Below are positions 45,872 to 63,772 of a stretch of DNA of 64,000 nucleotides, piece after piece (within the stretch, counting starts at the first letter, position 1; each line of letters opens with the position of its first letter). Source of the DNA: an uncultured Chloroflexia bacterium (GTDB taxonomy: Bacteria > Chloroflexota > Chloroflexia > Thermomicrobiales > UBA6265); contig CAVRUC010000007.1 in assembly GCA_963724295.1 (NCBI GenBank), positions 128,001 to 192,000 of the forward strand, written 5' to 3'. The translations under genes and the position numbers were made by a program. A model generated the notes under the pieces. It had not been told where the DNA came from and searched no databases. It saw only the letters and a list, made by a program, of their open reading frames with translations.

Positions 45872-47079
45872 GAGGCGTCAACATTCGTGCTGTCCAGCAA
45901 GTCCGCAATCATCGCCACGATCTCGGCCGCGAGCGCCTCTTTGCTCATTGTCGGTAGCTCGGTGACCATTCCGTCTGCTGTGATAATCGTGCCCGTGCTG
46001 CTCGGTGCACCGATAGTCGATTCCGCGTCGTTGGCGACGATCATGGCCAGACCCTTGGCGCGCAGCTTTTGTGCGGCGTTCTCCAGGTGATTCTCGGTTT
46101 CGGCGGCGAAGCCAATCTTCAACAGGTTCGGTCGGGTGATCGTGGCCAGGATATCAGGGTTCCGTACCAACCGGACATCGAGGTTTTGTTGCTCCGTTGA
46201 CTTCTTGAGCTTACGCTGGGATCTGGTTTCCGGCCGGAAGTCGGCAACGGCCGCCGCCATGATCAGCACATCGGCCCGGACCGATGCCTGCTCGACCGCA
46301 TGGAGCATCTCGATGGCCGTGTTGACATTGACAACATCGGCGCCGCTCGGTGGTCGCAATGCAGTTGGTCCTGAGATGAGTGTGACCTCAGCACCGTTGG
46401 CTAGGGCGGCCGCGGCAAGGGCGTATCCCATGCTGCCGCTCGATCGATTGCCGATGTAGCGCACCGGGTCAATTGGCTCTCGCGTGCCGCCCGCGGTGAC
46501 GACAACATGCTTGCCGGCCAACCGCGACGATCGCCCCAAGATGCTCTTCACGGCAGCGACGATGGACTCTGGATCTGCCATGCGGCCTTTGCCGAATGCT
46601 CCAGAGGCGAGCCTGCCATGGGTAGCTTCCACGAATCTGACACCGCGCTCGGTAAGCGTCAGAAGATGCTCCTGAGTGGCTGGATGGTGGAGCATGCGCT
46701 CCTCCATCGCAGGCGCCAGCACGATCGGCGCAGCGGTCGAAAGCGCGATAAGCCCGATCAGGTCGTCGCTGAGGCCGAGCGCAAGTCTGGCAATGGCCGC
46801 GGCCGTCGCGGGCGCGACAACCAGAAGGTCCGCGTTTCCTGCCAGACCGACGTGTCCCGTGAAGCCGTCGCTCCACGCTGCGAACGGGTCGGTATGTACC
46901 GAGGCGTGGGTGATGGCTGAAAAAGAGAGTGGTTGAACAAAATGTTGCGCCGCTTCTGTCATCACCACGTCGACGGTGGCCCCGGCCTGGACGAGAAGGC
47001 TCGCGACGGCCACGGCTTTGTAGGCAGCAATGCCGCCCGTGACCCCGAGCACAACCGACGTACCTTTGAGACTATCCAT
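45868..47079 (-). CDS. coaBC: Bifunctional phosphopantothenoylcysteine decarboxylase/synthetase
   Basis: LGVTGGIAAYKA, VAPATA, APAM, VTAGGTREPIDPVRYIGNRSSGSMG, AAVADF, GFAAET. Confidence 0.95.
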   Translation of the reverse strand: MDSLKGTSVVLGVTGGIAAYKAVAVASLLVQAGATVDVVMTEAAQHFVQPLSFSAITHASVHTDPFAAWSDGFTGHVGLAGNADLLVVAPATAAAIARLALGLSDDLIGLIALSTAAPIVLAPAMEERMLHHPATQEHLLTLTERGVRFVEATHGRLASGAFGKGRMADPESIVAAVKSILGRSSRLAGKHVVVTAGGTREPIDPVRYIGNRSSGSMGYALAAAALANGAEVTLISGPTALRPPSGADVVNVNTAIEMLHAVEQASVRADVLIMAAAVADFRPETRSQRKLKKSTEQQNLDVRLVRNPDILATITRPNLLKIGFAAETENHLENAAQKLRAKGLAMIVANDAESTIGAPSSTGTIITADGMVTELPTMSKEALAAEIVAMIADLLDSTNVDAS

Positions 47080-47228
47080 AGATGACTTACCGAGCGCCAC
47101 GCGTATCTGAATCTGCCGGGACGCAGCATAGCGGAGCAACAACCCCATCTGCGCCCCGATCTCGTAATGACGGTTTACGATGGAACGAGAGCGGGTACAG
47201 TCACGTCGACGCGGAGTACGGGTCAATC

Positions 47229-48035
47229 ATGACGGAGCGGGCCATGGCGTTGAGCGCGCAGCCGGAGCGGCAACCGGTGCTTGAAGCGCGGGGAATCAAC
47301 AAACACTTCGGGCCGGTTCAGGCGCTCAGGGACGTAGATCTTTCCGTGTTCCCCGGCGAGGTCGTCGCGTTGATCGGCGACAATGGCGCCGGCAAGTCGA
47401 CATTGATCAACGTCCTGACAGGCGTGCTGCCGCTGGAAAGCGGCGAGATCGTGTTCGGTGGAGAGACTGTGCGGTTCTCATCTCCACACGAAGCAAGAGC
47501 TCACGGAATCGAGACTGTTTATCAGGACCTCGCGGTTGCGCCACATCTCGACGCGGTTGCCAATATATTCCTGGGGAGGGAACGGCGCCAGGGCGGGCTG
47601 GCGGGAAGAGTGGGCTTTCTGGACAACCATCGCATGCGGAAGGAAACAGACCAGCAGCTCTCCAGACTTCGGGTCCAGGTGCCCGACCTGGAACGCCGAC
47701 TAGTCACGCTATCGGGCGGACAGCGTCAGGGCGTAGCCGTGGCGCGCGCCGTCATGTGGGCGAGCAAGGTCGTCATCATGGACGAGCCGACCGCAGCCCT
47801 CGGCGTGGCGCAGACCGCCAAGGTGCTGGACCTGATTCGGCAGGTGCGTGATACAGGTATTCCAGTGGTCTTTATTAGTCACAACATGCCGAATGTATTC
47901 CAGATCGCCGACCGTGTCGTCGTCCTGCGACTGGGTCAAGTCGTCACCGAGCTCGATCCAAGAACAGCGACAATTGAAGACGCCGTAGCCGCGATGACCG
48001 GATCGACGCGCTTCTCGAACCGAGAGGTTGAGTAA
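47229..48035 (+). CDS. Sugar ABC transporter ATP-binding protein (single NBD)
   Basis: GDNGAGKST, GIETVYQDLA, LSGGQRQ, MDEPTAALG, ISHN. Confidence 0.92.
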   Translation: MTERAMALSAQPERQPVLEARGINKHFGPVQALRDVDLSVFPGEVVALIGDNGAGKSTLINVLTGVLPLESGEIVFGGETVRFSSPHEARAHGIETVYQDLAVAPHLDAVANIFLGRERRQGGLAGRVGFLDNHRMRKETDQQLSRLRVQVPDLERRLVTLSGGQRQGVAVARAVMWASKVVIMDEPTAALGVAQTAKVLDLIRQVRDTGIPVVFISHNMPNVFQIADRVVVLRLGQVVTELDPRTATIEDAVAAMTGSTRFSNREVE

Positions 48036-48036
48036 C

Positions 48037-49116
48037 GTGAGTGCCGCAAATGAGGCCTACGACGAACTAGTTACGGAGGTTTTGCCGGCCCGCCAGCGAT
48101 ATCTCTCCCAACTAGCCAAGTCGTTCACACTGCTTATATTGCTCGCCATCATTGTGATTTTCTCGCTTTATGGCAAGATGAGCTTCTTTAACGCCCGAAA
48201 CTTCAATGACATCATCATCGACTCGTCTCAGCTCGTCGTGCTCTCGGTCGGCATGACATTCGTCATCATCGCCGCCGGCATCGACCTGTCCGTTGGCTCG
48301 GTCCTGATCTTGTCGTCGGTGGTTGCGGCCAAGGTCACAATCGCACTGTCCGGGACCCCGCAGGATATTGCCAACTTCGAATTCCCGACGCAGCACATCG
48401 GCATTCCAATCGGCCTTGCGGCGGGGGTGGCCACCGGGCTCCTGTGTGGTGTGGTGAACGGGCTGCTTATCACGAGACTCCGTGTACCGGCGTTTATCGT
48501 GACTTTGGGCATGCTCGGCATCGCCCTGGGTCTCGGCCAGCTTCTGTCGGGCGGCACGTCTGTGCCAAATGTGCCGCCAGCCGTGCAGTCTGCAATTGGT
48601 CTTCGCGAGATCGTCGCGTTCGATGTCGCGAGTCAGCGGGTGCGGGCTACCCCTCCAATCTTCATCGCCTATGGAATAGCACTAGTCGCCGCGGTCGTGC
48701 TGAACCGGACGCGATTTGGCCGCTACACCTACGCGATCGGGTCGAACGCGGCGGCCTCAATGCGTGCAGGAATCAACGTCGATCTGCACCTCGTCAAGAT
48801 TTATTCCTTGAGCGGCCTGCTGGCAGGAGTGGCGGGAGCAATGGATTTGCTCCGATTCGGAACGGCCTCGGTTGGCTCCCACCAAGCGGACAATCTCGCT
48901 GCGATTTCGGCAACCGTCATCGGTGGAACCAGCCTGTTTGGTGGTATTGGAACCATCGGCGGGACGGTGATTGGCGCGTTCATTCCGACCGTACTTCGCA
49001 ACGGACTGGTCATCGCCCGCGTGCAGCCGTTCTGGCAAAACGTGGCCATCGGCGCCGTTCTGATTCTTGCCGTCTACCTCGATCAGCGGCGTCGGCGCGC
49101 GGAGGAGCGAATGTAG
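48037..49116 (+). CDS. Sugar ABC transporter permease (RbsC family)
   Basis: GMTFVIIAAGIDLSVGS, PAFIVTLG, TRFGRYTYAIGSN, IGGTSLFGG. Confidence 0.92.
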   Translation: MSAANEAYDELVTEVLPARQRYLSQLAKSFTLLILLAIIVIFSLYGKMSFFNARNFNDIIIDSSQLVVLSVGMTFVIIAAGIDLSVGSVLILSSVVAAKVTIALSGTPQDIANFEFPTQHIGIPIGLAAGVATGLLCGVVNGLLITRLRVPAFIVTLGMLGIALGLGQLLSGGTSVPNVPPAVQSAIGLREIVAFDVASQRVRATPPIFIAYGIALVAAVVLNRTRFGRYTYAIGSNAAASMRAGINVDLHLVKIYSLSGLLAGVAGAMDLLRFGTASVGSHQADNLAAISATVIGGTSLFGGIGTIGGTVIGAFIPTVLRNGLVIARVQPFWQNVAIGAVLILAVYLDQRRRRAEERM

Positions 49117-49208
49117 CGGGGCTGAGCGTGTTGCAGTGAATCTGTGGGGTTGATACCCTGCCCCGGTCCGCGAAAGGGCGAGACCCGCGAAACCCGACTG
49201 GAGGTCAA

Positions 49209-50286
49209 ATGAAGGCAATTGATCGATTCGATACCCGGCTCAGCCGACGAAGCGTCTTGCGGGCGTCCGTGTACGCGGGCGCGGGATTCACGTTGTTCGC
49301 TCCGTTGGGATTTCGGGCCTTCGGCCCGGCAAGACTCCTTCACCATCGCCTTTATCCAAGGAGTCATCGCGGACAACTTCTACATCACGATGGACTGCGG
49401 AGCGCGAGCACAGGCTGAGGCACTGGGAAACGTGAGCATCGACACCCAGGGTCCAGAGCGCTTCGATCAGACCTTGCAGACGCCGATTCTCAACGCGGTG
49501 GTGCAGAGCGCTCCGAGCGCGATCATGATGGCGCCGAATGACCGGCAGGGCATGATCGCGCCGATCCAGGCGGCAATCGACGCTGGCGTACCGGTGCTTT
49601 GCGTGGACACGACAATCGACTGCAGACATCCAGCTCGGCGACGTGGCGACAGACAACGTGGAAGGGGGACGCCTCGCCGCGCGAGGTCTCGCCGAGGAGA
49701 TCGGCGGAGCGGGCAAGGTCTTCGTCGTCAACGTCATACCCGGCGTTTCAACGACTGACCAGCGAGAACAGGGTTTCCGAGAGGCGATCGAGACGGAGTT
49801 TCCCGACATCGAGTATCTCGGCCAGGAGTATTCCAATAACGATGCGAATGTCGCGGCGCAGATTACCGCGGCGCGGCTCCAATCGGACCCGATTTGGCCG
49901 GCATCTTTGGCACGAACCTATTCTCTGCCCAGGGCGCGGCCGCCGCACTGCGGGAGCAGGGTTTGCAAGGCCAAGTCAAGATGGTCGGGTTCGATGCCGG
50001 ACCGACGCAGGTGCAGGACCTGCGCAGCGAAGTGGTGGACCTTTTGATCGCGCAGCACCCGGGTGATATCGGCGAGATCGCGGTGCAACTTCTGCACGAG
50101 TTCCTGACCACTGGCGAGCCGCTTGATCCCAAGGACTATGTCACCGGCGCTACCATCGTGACTCGCGACAACATCGACGATCCGGAGGTAGCCAGGTATC
50201 TCTACGTCGCGGATTGTGCGAATTACACGTTGGCAAACGCGGTGCCAATGCCAGCAGCATCACCAGTAGCGACCCCGACGGCGTAG
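49209..50286 (+). CDS. Sugar ABC transporter substrate-binding protein with Tat signal (three frameshifts at about 49323, 49621, 49890)
   Basis: SRRSVLR Tat peptide; DNFYITMDCGA, ATDNVEGG, TTDQREQGF, GIFGTN, VGFDA and LIAQHP segments lie in successive frames. Confidence 0.85.
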
Positions 50287-50311
50287 CGTCGGGATTCGCA
50301 GCAAATCGAAT

Positions 50312-50343
50312 GGGCAGCGCGGACGTCAAAATCCGCGCTGCCT
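50312..50343 (+). terminator. Hairpin after the ABC transporter operon
   Basis: GGGCAGCGCGGA-cgtcaaaa-TCCGCGCTGCCT. Confidence 0.65.
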
Positions 50344-50347
50344 GTAC

Positions 50348-50377
50348 TTGACAAAAACCGATCGGCTAACGTACAAT
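50348..50377 (+). promoter_or_regulatory. rpoBC promoter
   Basis: TTGACA-N18-TACAAT. Confidence 0.8.
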
Positions 50378-50634
50378 AATCGTTCCGGCTTGCTGACCCG
50401 CAAATCAGCGAGCCTGGAAAACCTTCGAAACCGGTAGCCGGGCGGGGCGTGCTGGAACATTCACCATCGAAACCTGGTCAAACGGGAGGGGCAACCTTTG
50501 TCCTCCCGCTTTGGTGTGCCAGGGAATGGGCACGGATCGGTCGTTCCGGCGGTCTACAAACGACAATCGCAGGCAGTTGTCGGGTTTCTCAGGGGCAGTT
50601 TGGCGTGCCGTCCGCAAGATGTATGGAGGAGTAA

Positions 50635-53600
50635 TTGACTGTGGCATTGACGACGATTGAAGCAAATGGTGTCGCGGCGGCAAGCGCTGGTGGACTGCAG
50701 ACCGTTCTCTCCAACACCGGGATCGACCGGCGCTCATTCTCGCGCATCCCAACTGTCTGGGAGATGCCGGATCTCGTCCAGGTGCAGATCGAATCATTCG
50801 AGTGGTTCAAGCGGGAGGGTCTGCGCGAGCTCCTCGAAGAGATCTCCCCGATATCTGATCACCACAAGAAGATGGAGCTCACCTTCGGCGAATATCGGTT
50901 CGATGAGCCTTGGAAGCGATTGCCGGAACACCTTCAGCAGCAGGGAAAGGATGATCCTCGTATCGTCGAGCAGTTTTGCCGAGAGCGCGACATCACCTAC
51001 GCGTCACCTCTCCGTATCAAGGCAAAGCTGCGCGTCGTGAACCCGGAGACCGGCGAGATTCGCGAGATCGGGGCCGGCGAGGACGAAGACTCCGAAATTT
51101 TCATCGGCGACTTCCCGCTGATGACGACCGACGGGACGTTCATCATCAATGGCGCCGAGCGCGTGGTCGTGTCGCAGTTGGTCCGTTCTCCGGGCGTCTA
51201 CTTCGACCGCGCGACGGATCCCACGACCGGAAAACTGGTTTCCACCGCCAAACTCATCCCGAATCGCGGCGCCTGGCTCGAGTTCGAAACGTCCAACCGG
51301 GACGTCATGTCAGTCAAGGTCGATCGCAAGCGCAAGATGCCGGTGACCATTCTGCTCCGCGCCATCGGCATGACGGACGAGGAGCTGGAGACGGCGTTTG
51401 CCGACGTCGATACGAACCCGGATCGACCGTTCCTACGCACGACGCTGGAAAAGGATCCCACTCACGAAAAAGACGAGGCTCTGATCGAGCTCTACCGGCG
51501 GCTGCGGCCGGGTGACCCGCCGACGCGCGACAACGCGACCACGATGCTGGAAAACCTGTTCTTCAATGACCGGCGATACGACCTCGCGCGGGTCGGCCGG
51601 TACAAGTTGAACGAGCGCTTGCATCGTGAGAAGAGCGACGTAGCGCGGCCCGATAGCCGGATTCTCATGAGGGAAGATCTGATTGAGATCATCCGGGAGA
51701 TGATCCGACTCGCCAATGGGCTCGGTGAGCCGGACGACATCGACCACCTCGGCAACCGGCGCATTCGCGCGGTCGGCGAGCTGATTCAGATGCATGTCCG
51801 CACGGGGTTCCAGCGGCTCGAGCGCGGTATTCGGGAGCGGATGACGATCCAGGATCCGGAGACGGTCACGCCGAAAGGGCTGATCAGCACGACGCGGCCG
51901 GTGATGGCGGCGGTGCGGGAGTTCTTTGGCGGAAGCCAGCTCTCGCAGTTCATGGACCAGACGAACCCGCTTTCGGAGCTGACGCACAAGCGCCGATTGT
52001 CGGCGCTCGGTCCGGGAGGACTGAGCCGCGATCGGGCTGGCTTCGACGTACGTGACGTTCACCCGTCCCACTACGGGCGAATCTGCCCGATTGAGACTCC
52101 TGAAGGTCCGAACATCGGTCTGATTGGCTCGCTGGCGACCTATGGAAAGATCAACCAGTACGGGTTCATCGAGACGCCGTACCGGCGGGTGATCTCGCAA
52201 CTCGTGGTGGACGACCCTGCTCTTCCATTGGAAGGGCAAATCCTCCGCGACGATGCGGTCAATCCGGAAACTGGCAAGGTCGTGCTGGCCGCCGGCACGG
52301 TGCTGGGTGACGCTGAGATCAAGAAAATTCAGAAAGCAGGCATCAAGACGCTTCGCGTGAAGCCGGTGGCCTCGAGCATCATCGACTACCTGTCGGCGGA
52401 CAGAGAAGAACAAGTGATGATCGCCCAGGCCAATACGCCCCTGGACGAACAGAGCCGGCTCATCCCTGACCAGGTGGTCGTCCGCGTTGGAGGGGGCCAC
52501 CGATTCCCGGTCGTACCCTCCGAGCAGGTCGCCTACATGGATGTCTCGCCGAAGCAGGTCGTCTCAGTGGCGACGTCGTTGATCCCGTTCCTGGAGCACG
52601 ACGACGCAAACCGCGCGCTGATGGGCGCCAACATGCAGAAGCAGGCAGTCCCGTTGCTGCAACCACGGGCGCCAGTCGTTGGAACAGGCGTCGAGCACCA
52701 GGCGGCCCGGGACTCCGGGCAAGTGCTGGTCGCCGGGCAAAACGGCGAGGTGCGGTCGGTCAGCGGACGCCAGATCGTCATCGCCGATGACGAGGGCAAT
52801 GTCCACGAGTACAACCTGCAGAAGTTTGTTCGCTCGAACCAGGACACGTGCATCAATCAACGGCCGAGCGTTCGTCTGGGTGACCGCGTAACGGTCGGTC
52901 AGATCATCGCCGACTCATCTTCAACGGAAAATGGAGAGCTCGCTCTCGGGCAAAACGTCGTCGTCGCGTTCATGCCCTGGGAGGGCGGAAACTTTGAGGA
53001 CGCCATCCTGATCAGCGAGCGGCTCGTACGGGACGACGTCTTCACCTCGATCCACATCGAGAAGTATGAGACCGAGGCCCGGGATACCAAGTTGGGTCCG
53101 GAGGAGATTACCCGCGACATCCCGAACGTTGGCGAGGAGAGTCTGGCCAACCTCGATGAGAACGGCGTCATCCGCATCGGGGCTGAAGTCCGCCCGAATG
53201 ACATTCTGGTGGGAAAGGTCACCCCGCGCGGTGAAACCGAGCTGAGTGCCGAGGAGCGCCTGCTGCGCGCGATCTTCGGCGAGAAGGCGCGCGAGGTGAA
53301 GGACACCTCACTCCGTGTGCCTCACGGGGTTCACGGCAAGATCATCGATGTCAAGACGTTTCGCCGGGATGACGAATCCGACCACGAGCTTCCGGCCGGT
53401 GTCAACGAAATGGTCCGAGTCAGCATCGCTCAAAAGCGAAAGATCTCCGAGGGCGACAAGATGGCCGGCCGGCACGGCAATAAGGGAGTCATCTCCCGGA
53501 TTCTGCCGATGGAGGATATGCCGTTCCTCCCGGATGGCACCTCGGTCGACATCATCCTGAACCCGATCGGTGTGCCTTCGCGCATGAACCTCGGTCAGGT

Positions 53601-54228
53601 GCTGGAGACACACCTCGGCTGGGCCGCGTCCAAACTCGGCTTCCGTGTCGCAACGCCGGTGTTCGACGGCGCGCGCGAAGACGAGATCAAGGAACTTCTC
53701 ACGGCCGCGGGGTTGCCGGAGGACGGCAAGGTCGACCTCTACGACGGCCGTACCGGAGAGAAGTTCGATCGGCCGGTGACCGTCGGCGTCATCTATATGT
53801 TGAAGCTGGCCCACCTCGTCGAAGACAAGATCCATGCGCGATCAACCGGACCGTACTCGCTCGTGACACAGCAGCCACTGGGCGGGAAGGCGCAATTCGG
53901 AGGGCAGCGATTCGGGGAGATGGAAGTCTGGGCGCTCTACGCCTACGGCGCCGCATATACCCTGCAGGAAATGCTGACTGTCAAGTCAGACGACACCGTC
54001 GGCCGGGTGAAGACGTACGAGGCGATCGTCAAGGGTGACGAGATCACCGGCGCGGGTGTACCGGAGTCGTTCAAGGTTCTGGTGAAGGAGCTTCGCTCCC
54101 TCGGTCTGTCGATCGACGTAATCAACGAGGACGAGCAGACCGTGGAGTTTGCCGAGGATAACTCGCGGGACCTGCTCTCGAATCTCGATCGAATCAACTT
54201 GAGCGGTTACGAAAAGACCGCTGACTAG
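50635..54228 (+). CDS. rpoB: DNA-directed RNA polymerase subunit beta
   Basis: [63 protein letters not shown]. Confidence 0.99.
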   Translation: MTVALTTIEANGVAAASAGGLQTVLSNTGIDRRSFSRIPTVWEMPDLVQVQIESFEWFKREGLRELLEEISPISDHHKKMELTFGEYRFDEPWKRLPEHLQQQGKDDPRIVEQFCRERDITYASPLRIKAKLRVVNPETGEIREIGAGEDEDSEIFIGDFPLMTTDGTFIINGAERVVVSQLVRSPGVYFDRATDPTTGKLVSTAKLIPNRGAWLEFETSNRDVMSVKVDRKRKMPVTILLRAIGMTDEELETAFADVDTNPDRPFLRTTLEKDPTHEKDEALIELYRRLRPGDPPTRDNATTMLENLFFNDRRYDLARVGRYKLNERLHREKSDVARPDSRILMREDLIEIIREMIRLANGLGEPDDIDHLGNRRIRAVGELIQMHVRTGFQRLERGIRERMTIQDPETVTPKGLISTTRPVMAAVREFFGGSQLSQFMDQTNPLSELTHKRRLSALGPGGLSRDRAGFDVRDVHPSHYGRICPIETPEGPNIGLIGSLATYGKINQYGFIETPYRRVISQLVVDDPALPLEGQILRDDAVNPETGKVVLAAGTVLGDAEIKKIQKAGIKTLRVKPVASSIIDYLSADREEQVMIAQANTPLDEQSRLIPDQVVVRVGGGHRFPVVPSEQVAYMDVSPKQVVSVATSLIPFLEHDDANRALMGANMQKQAVPLLQPRAPVVGTGVEHQAARDSGQVLVAGQNGEVRSVSGRQIVIADDEGNVHEYNLQKFVRSNQDTCINQRPSVRLGDRVTVGQIIADSSSTENGELALGQNVVVAFMPWEGGNFEDAILISERLVRDDVFTSIHIEKYETEARDTKLGPEEITRDIPNVGEESLANLDENGVIRIGAEVRPNDILVGKVTPRGETELSAEERLLRAIFGEKAREVKDTSLRVPHGVHGKIIDVKTFRRDDESDHELPAGVNEMVRVSIAQKRKISEGDKMAGRHGNKGVISRILPMEDMPFLPDGTSVDIILNPIGVPSRMNLGQVLETHLGWAASKLGFRVATPVFDGAREDEIKELLTAAGLPEDGKVDLYDGRTGEKFDRPVTVGVIYMLKLAHLVEDKIHARSTGPYSLVTQQPLGGKAQFGGQRFGEMEVWALYAYGAAYTLQEMLTVKSDDTVGRVKTYEAIVKGDEITGAGVPESFKVLVKELRSLGLSIDVINEDEQTVEFAEDNSRDLLSNLDRINLSGYEKTAD

Positions 54229-54299
54229 CTGCACTCATCAGACGGAGCCGGCCCGCTGCGGGGAGCACCCCGCACGGGGCCGGCAACACCGGAGGGAAA

Positions 54300-58883
<4,584 letters not shown>

Positions 58884-58893
58884 CGTTTGCAGA

Positions 58894-58928
58894 GGCGTTG
58901 GCCGGACCTCGTTGGTCCGGCCAACGCC
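58894..58928 (+). terminator. Hairpin after rpoC
   Basis: GGCGTTGGCCGGACC-tcgtt-GGTCCGGCCAACGCC, perfect 15-bp stem, no clear U tract. Confidence 0.65.
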
Positions 58929-58950
58929 CTGTCGACGAGTCGAAATCGGC

Positions 58951-58979
58951 TTGACATCGCACCGAATATCGCGTAAAGT
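58951..58979 (+). promoter_or_regulatory. str operon promoter
   Basis: TTGACA-N17-TAAAGT. Confidence 0.8.
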
Positions 58980-59108
58980 ACCCGCTTGTGTCCGTCGCAA
59001 GGCGGACATATACGTGAGGTTTGTTCCTCACATGGCAGGTGGCGCCGCAGCTGCTGTTTTGGCAGAGCACGGTACTCGGAAACGCCCCCTGTCCTGCTAG
59101 GAGTCATC

Positions 59109-59531
59109 GTGCCGACGATCAATCAGTTGGTTCGTAAGGGCCGCAAGAGCGTCAAGAAGAAGACCAAGGCGCCTGCGCTGGGGTTCACCAGCAATGCGCT
59201 TGGGCGTTACGCCGGCCGTCTTCGGGGGGGAACTCATTCCCCGCAGAAGCGTGGTGTGTGTACCCAGGTCAAGACTATGACGCCGAAGAAGCCCAATTCG
59301 GCGCTGCGCAAAATCGCCAGGGTTCGCCTGACCAACGGTATGGAGGTCACCGCGTATATCCCCGGCGAAGGGCACAATCTTCAGGAGCACTCCGTCGTGC
59401 TGGTGCGCGGAGGTCGGGTGAAAGACCTGCCCGGCGTTCGTTACCACATCGTACGCGGTACCCTGGATGCCCGCGGTGTAGACAACCGCAAGCAAGCGCG
59501 GTCGAAATACGGGACCAAGGCGCCGAAGTAG
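59109..59531 (+). CDS. rpsL: 30S ribosomal protein S12
   Basis: GTG start after [40 protein letters not shown]. Confidence 0.98.
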   Translation: MPTINQLVRKGRKSVKKKTKAPALGFTSNALGRYAGRLRGGTHSPQKRGVCTQVKTMTPKKPNSALRKIARVRLTNGMEVTAYIPGEGHNLQEHSVVLVRGGRVKDLPGVRYHIVRGTLDARGVDNRKQARSKYGTKAPK

Positions 59532-59732
59532 GGCGCACAGCGCGCTCGAGGATATGCTGGCAACAGTGATCCTCTAGGCCCCATCCGCTACGGCGGATCT
59601 GATTGAACACGGTGCGAGAAGCGGCCGGACGTCTTTGGACGTTCACCGCTTTTTCGTGTGTATGGAGAACCCGTTGCGCTGCATCGGGTCGACGGAGCAG
59701 CGGCCGCCGGCGCCGCGATCGAGGGAACGGAT

Positions 59733-60206
59733 ATGCCACGTCGGGCAAAGGTCGAGCGCAGGATTCCAGCACCGGACGCGCGCTATCAGAGCGAGGTCCT
59801 TGCGCGGTTCATCAACAAGGTGATGGAGCGCGGCAAGAAGGGCACCGCCGAGCGCATCGTCTATGGAGCGTTGGATCGGATTGCGGACCGGACCGGCAGG
59901 GCCCCGCTTGAAGTGTTCGAGCAGGCCCTCGGGAACGCGACGCCGGTGATCGAAGTCAAGCCCCGCCGGGTCGGCGGCGCGACGTACCAGGTTCCGGTGC
60001 AGATTGAAGGCCCCCGCCGCCAGTCCCTCGCTATGCGGTGGCTCTTGACCTCAGCTCGAGGCCGTCCTGGCAAGTCGATGCAGGAGAAGCTGGCTAACGA
60101 GCTTCTTGACGCCTTCAACAACACCGGCGCCACGATCAAGCGCCGCGAGGACACCCATAGGATGGCCGAGGCGAACCGCGCCTTCTCGCATTACGGACGC
60201 TTCTAG
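59733..60206 (+). CDS. rpsG: 30S ribosomal protein S7
   Basis: [42 protein letters not shown]. Confidence 0.98.
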   Translation: MPRRAKVERRIPAPDARYQSEVLARFINKVMERGKKGTAERIVYGALDRIADRTGRAPLEVFEQALGNATPVIEVKPRRVGGATYQVPVQIEGPRRQSLAMRWLLTSARGRPGKSMQEKLANELLDAFNNTGATIKRREDTHRMAEANRAFSHYGRF

Positions 60207-60312
60207 CCGCTGCAGGACAGCCGTCGGCCACTCGCGGGACGCGATTGAGCCGCTCTGAGCAGGAAAACGGACTGTCTCGCCGGCACCATGTTTAGGATCA
60301 ATAAGGAACGCA

Positions 60313-62424
60313 ATGAGTATTGCCACCGCGACAAGACCCGCGTCTACAGACGCCGAGACCATGCTTGCGAAGACCCGCAACATCGGGATCATCGCGCATA
60401 TTGATGCGGGCAAAACAACCACGACCGAGCGCATCCTCTATTACACGGGGCGAGTTCACCGTCCGGGTGAGGTGCACGAAGGCGCTGCCACGATGGACTG
60501 GATGGTCCAGGAGCGCGAGCGCGGCATCACGATCACCGCGGCGGCGACGACCTGCTCGTGGGACGGCCATCGCATCAACATCATCGATACGCCGGGCCAC
60601 GTGGACTTCACCGTCGAAGTGGAGCGATCGCTGCGCGTGCTCGATGGTGGCGTCGTCGTCTTTGATGCCGTCGCCGGCGTCGAGCCTCAGTCGGAGACGG
60701 TCTGGCGGCAGGCGGATAAGTACGGCGTGCCGCGTATCTGCTTCGTCAACAAGATGGACCGCACTGGCGCGTCATTCACCCGCACGGTCGAGATGATCGT
60801 CGAACGCTTGAAGGCGGTCCCGGCACCGATCCAGCTTCCCATCGGCGCTGAATCGAACTTCACCGGCATCATCGATCTGATCGATGAAGTCGCCTACATG
60901 TTTCACGACGAGATGGGGCAGAACATCGAGCGGACCGAGATTCCGGCCGCGATGGCTGAGGAGGCCAGAGCCGCTCGTCACCATTTGGTCGAGCTGATCG
61001 CCGAGTCCGACGAGGAGCTGATGATGCGCTACCTCGAGGACGATGTGCTGAGCCCGGACGAGCTACGAGCTGGGCTGCGAGCCGCGACGGTTGGCGGCCG
61101 ACTCGTGCCCATTCTGGTAGGGAGCGCGCTGAAGAACAAAGGCGTGCAGTTGATGCTCGACGCGATCGTCGACTACCTGCCTTCGCCGCTCGACGTGCCT
61201 CCGGTGACCGGCATCGATCCGCGGACTGACGAAGAGGTGGTACGCACAGTCCAGCCGGGCGAGCCGTTCTCGGCCCTGGTGTTCAAGATCGCGGCTGACC
61301 CGCATGTCGGCAAGCTCGCATTCGTGCGCGTCTACTCCGGCAAATTGGAAGCCGGAAGCTATGCGTTGAACTCCACTAAGGGCGATCGCGAGCGAATTGG
61401 CCGGCTTCTGCAGATGCACGCGAATCACCGGGAAGACATTTCTTCGGTGAGCGCGGGTGACATCGCGGCAGTGATTGGCCTGAAAGCCACATTTACTGGC
61501 GACACGCTTTGCGATCCCGCGGCTCCCGTCGTGCTCGAGTCGATCACATTCCCCGAGCCGGTCATCTCCGTCTCGATCGAGCCCAAGACACGGGCCGATC
61601 AGGACAAGATGGGCGCCGCCCTGGGCCGGCTTGCCGAGGAGGACCCAACCTTCCGGTTGAGAACCAACGAGGAGACCGCTCAGACCGTCATCGAGGGAAT
61701 GGGCGAGCTTCACCTCGAGGTGATTGTCGATCGCTTGATGAGGGAGTTCCGGGTCGACGCGAACGTGGGACGACCGCAGGTCGCCTACAAAGAGACGATC
61801 ACGATTCCTGTCAAAGCCGAAGGGCGGCACATTCGACAATCGGGTGGCAAAGGTCAATACGGTCATGTCGTTGTCGAGTTCGAGCCGCAGGAGCGCGGCA
61901 AGGGCTACGAGTTCGAAGACAAGATCGTCGGCGGCGCCATCCCCAGAGAGTACATCTCCTCGGTCGATGCCGGTATCCGGGAGGCGCTATTGACCGGTGG
62001 CGACGCGGGATTCCCGATCGTCGACCTCAAAGCCCGTCTCGTCGACGGGTCGTACCACGAAGTCGACTCGTCCGAAATGGCATTCAAGATCGCCGGATCG
62101 CTGGCCCTGAAGGAGGGTGTGCGACGAGGTCGCAATGTGATTCTCGAACCGATTATGGAAGTCGAGGTCACCACGCCGGACGAGTTCATGGGTGAGGTAA
62201 TCGGCGATCTCAATGCCCGGCGCGGGCATATCCAGGGGATGGAGATGCGCGCCGGAGCTCAAGTCGTCAGGGCGTTCGTACCGCTGGCGACGATGTTCGG
62301 GTACGCGACGGATCTCCGCTCGGCAACTCAGGGGCGTGCGACGTACTCGATGCAGTTCGATCACTATGCGCCGCTGCCGACAGCCCTGGCGCAGGAGATG
62401 GTCGCCAAGGCGCGGCGCGATTGA
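60313..62424 (+). CDS. fusA: Elongation factor G
   Basis: [51 protein letters not shown]. Confidence 0.98.
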   Translation: MSIATATRPASTDAETMLAKTRNIGIIAHIDAGKTTTTERILYYTGRVHRPGEVHEGAATMDWMVQERERGITITAAATTCSWDGHRINIIDTPGHVDFTVEVERSLRVLDGGVVVFDAVAGVEPQSETVWRQADKYGVPRICFVNKMDRTGASFTRTVEMIVERLKAVPAPIQLPIGAESNFTGIIDLIDEVAYMFHDEMGQNIERTEIPAAMAEEARAARHHLVELIAESDEELMMRYLEDDVLSPDELRAGLRAATVGGRLVPILVGSALKNKGVQLMLDAIVDYLPSPLDVPPVTGIDPRTDEEVVRTVQPGEPFSALVFKIAADPHVGKLAFVRVYSGKLEAGSYALNSTKGDRERIGRLLQMHANHREDISSVSAGDIAAVIGLKATFTGDTLCDPAAPVVLESITFPEPVISVSIEPKTRADQDKMGAALGRLAEEDPTFRLRTNEETAQTVIEGMGELHLEVIVDRLMREFRVDANVGRPQVAYKETITIPVKAEGRHIRQSGGKGQYGHVVVEFEPQERGKGYEFEDKIVGGAIPREYISSVDAGIREALLTGGDAGFPIVDLKARLVDGSYHEVDSSEMAFKIAGSLALKEGVRRGRNVILEPIMEVEVTTPDEFMGEVIGDLNARRGHIQGMEMRAGAQVVRAFVPLATMFGYATDLRSATQGRATYSMQFDHYAPLPTALAQEMVAKARRD

Positions 62425-62524
62425 TTCTAACCGGCGGTGTTTCCGCCGGGCGAATGTTGGAGCACGTAACGGATTCACGACGCCACTCCGAGTGAGTGAC
62501 TAGGCGAGAGGAGCCAGGGGAGCG

Positions 62525-63724
<1,200 letters not shown>

Positions 63725-63772
63725 GAAGCTTTTCGGCGCGCTGGGCGCGGCCGTACGCAGGAGTAATGAACG

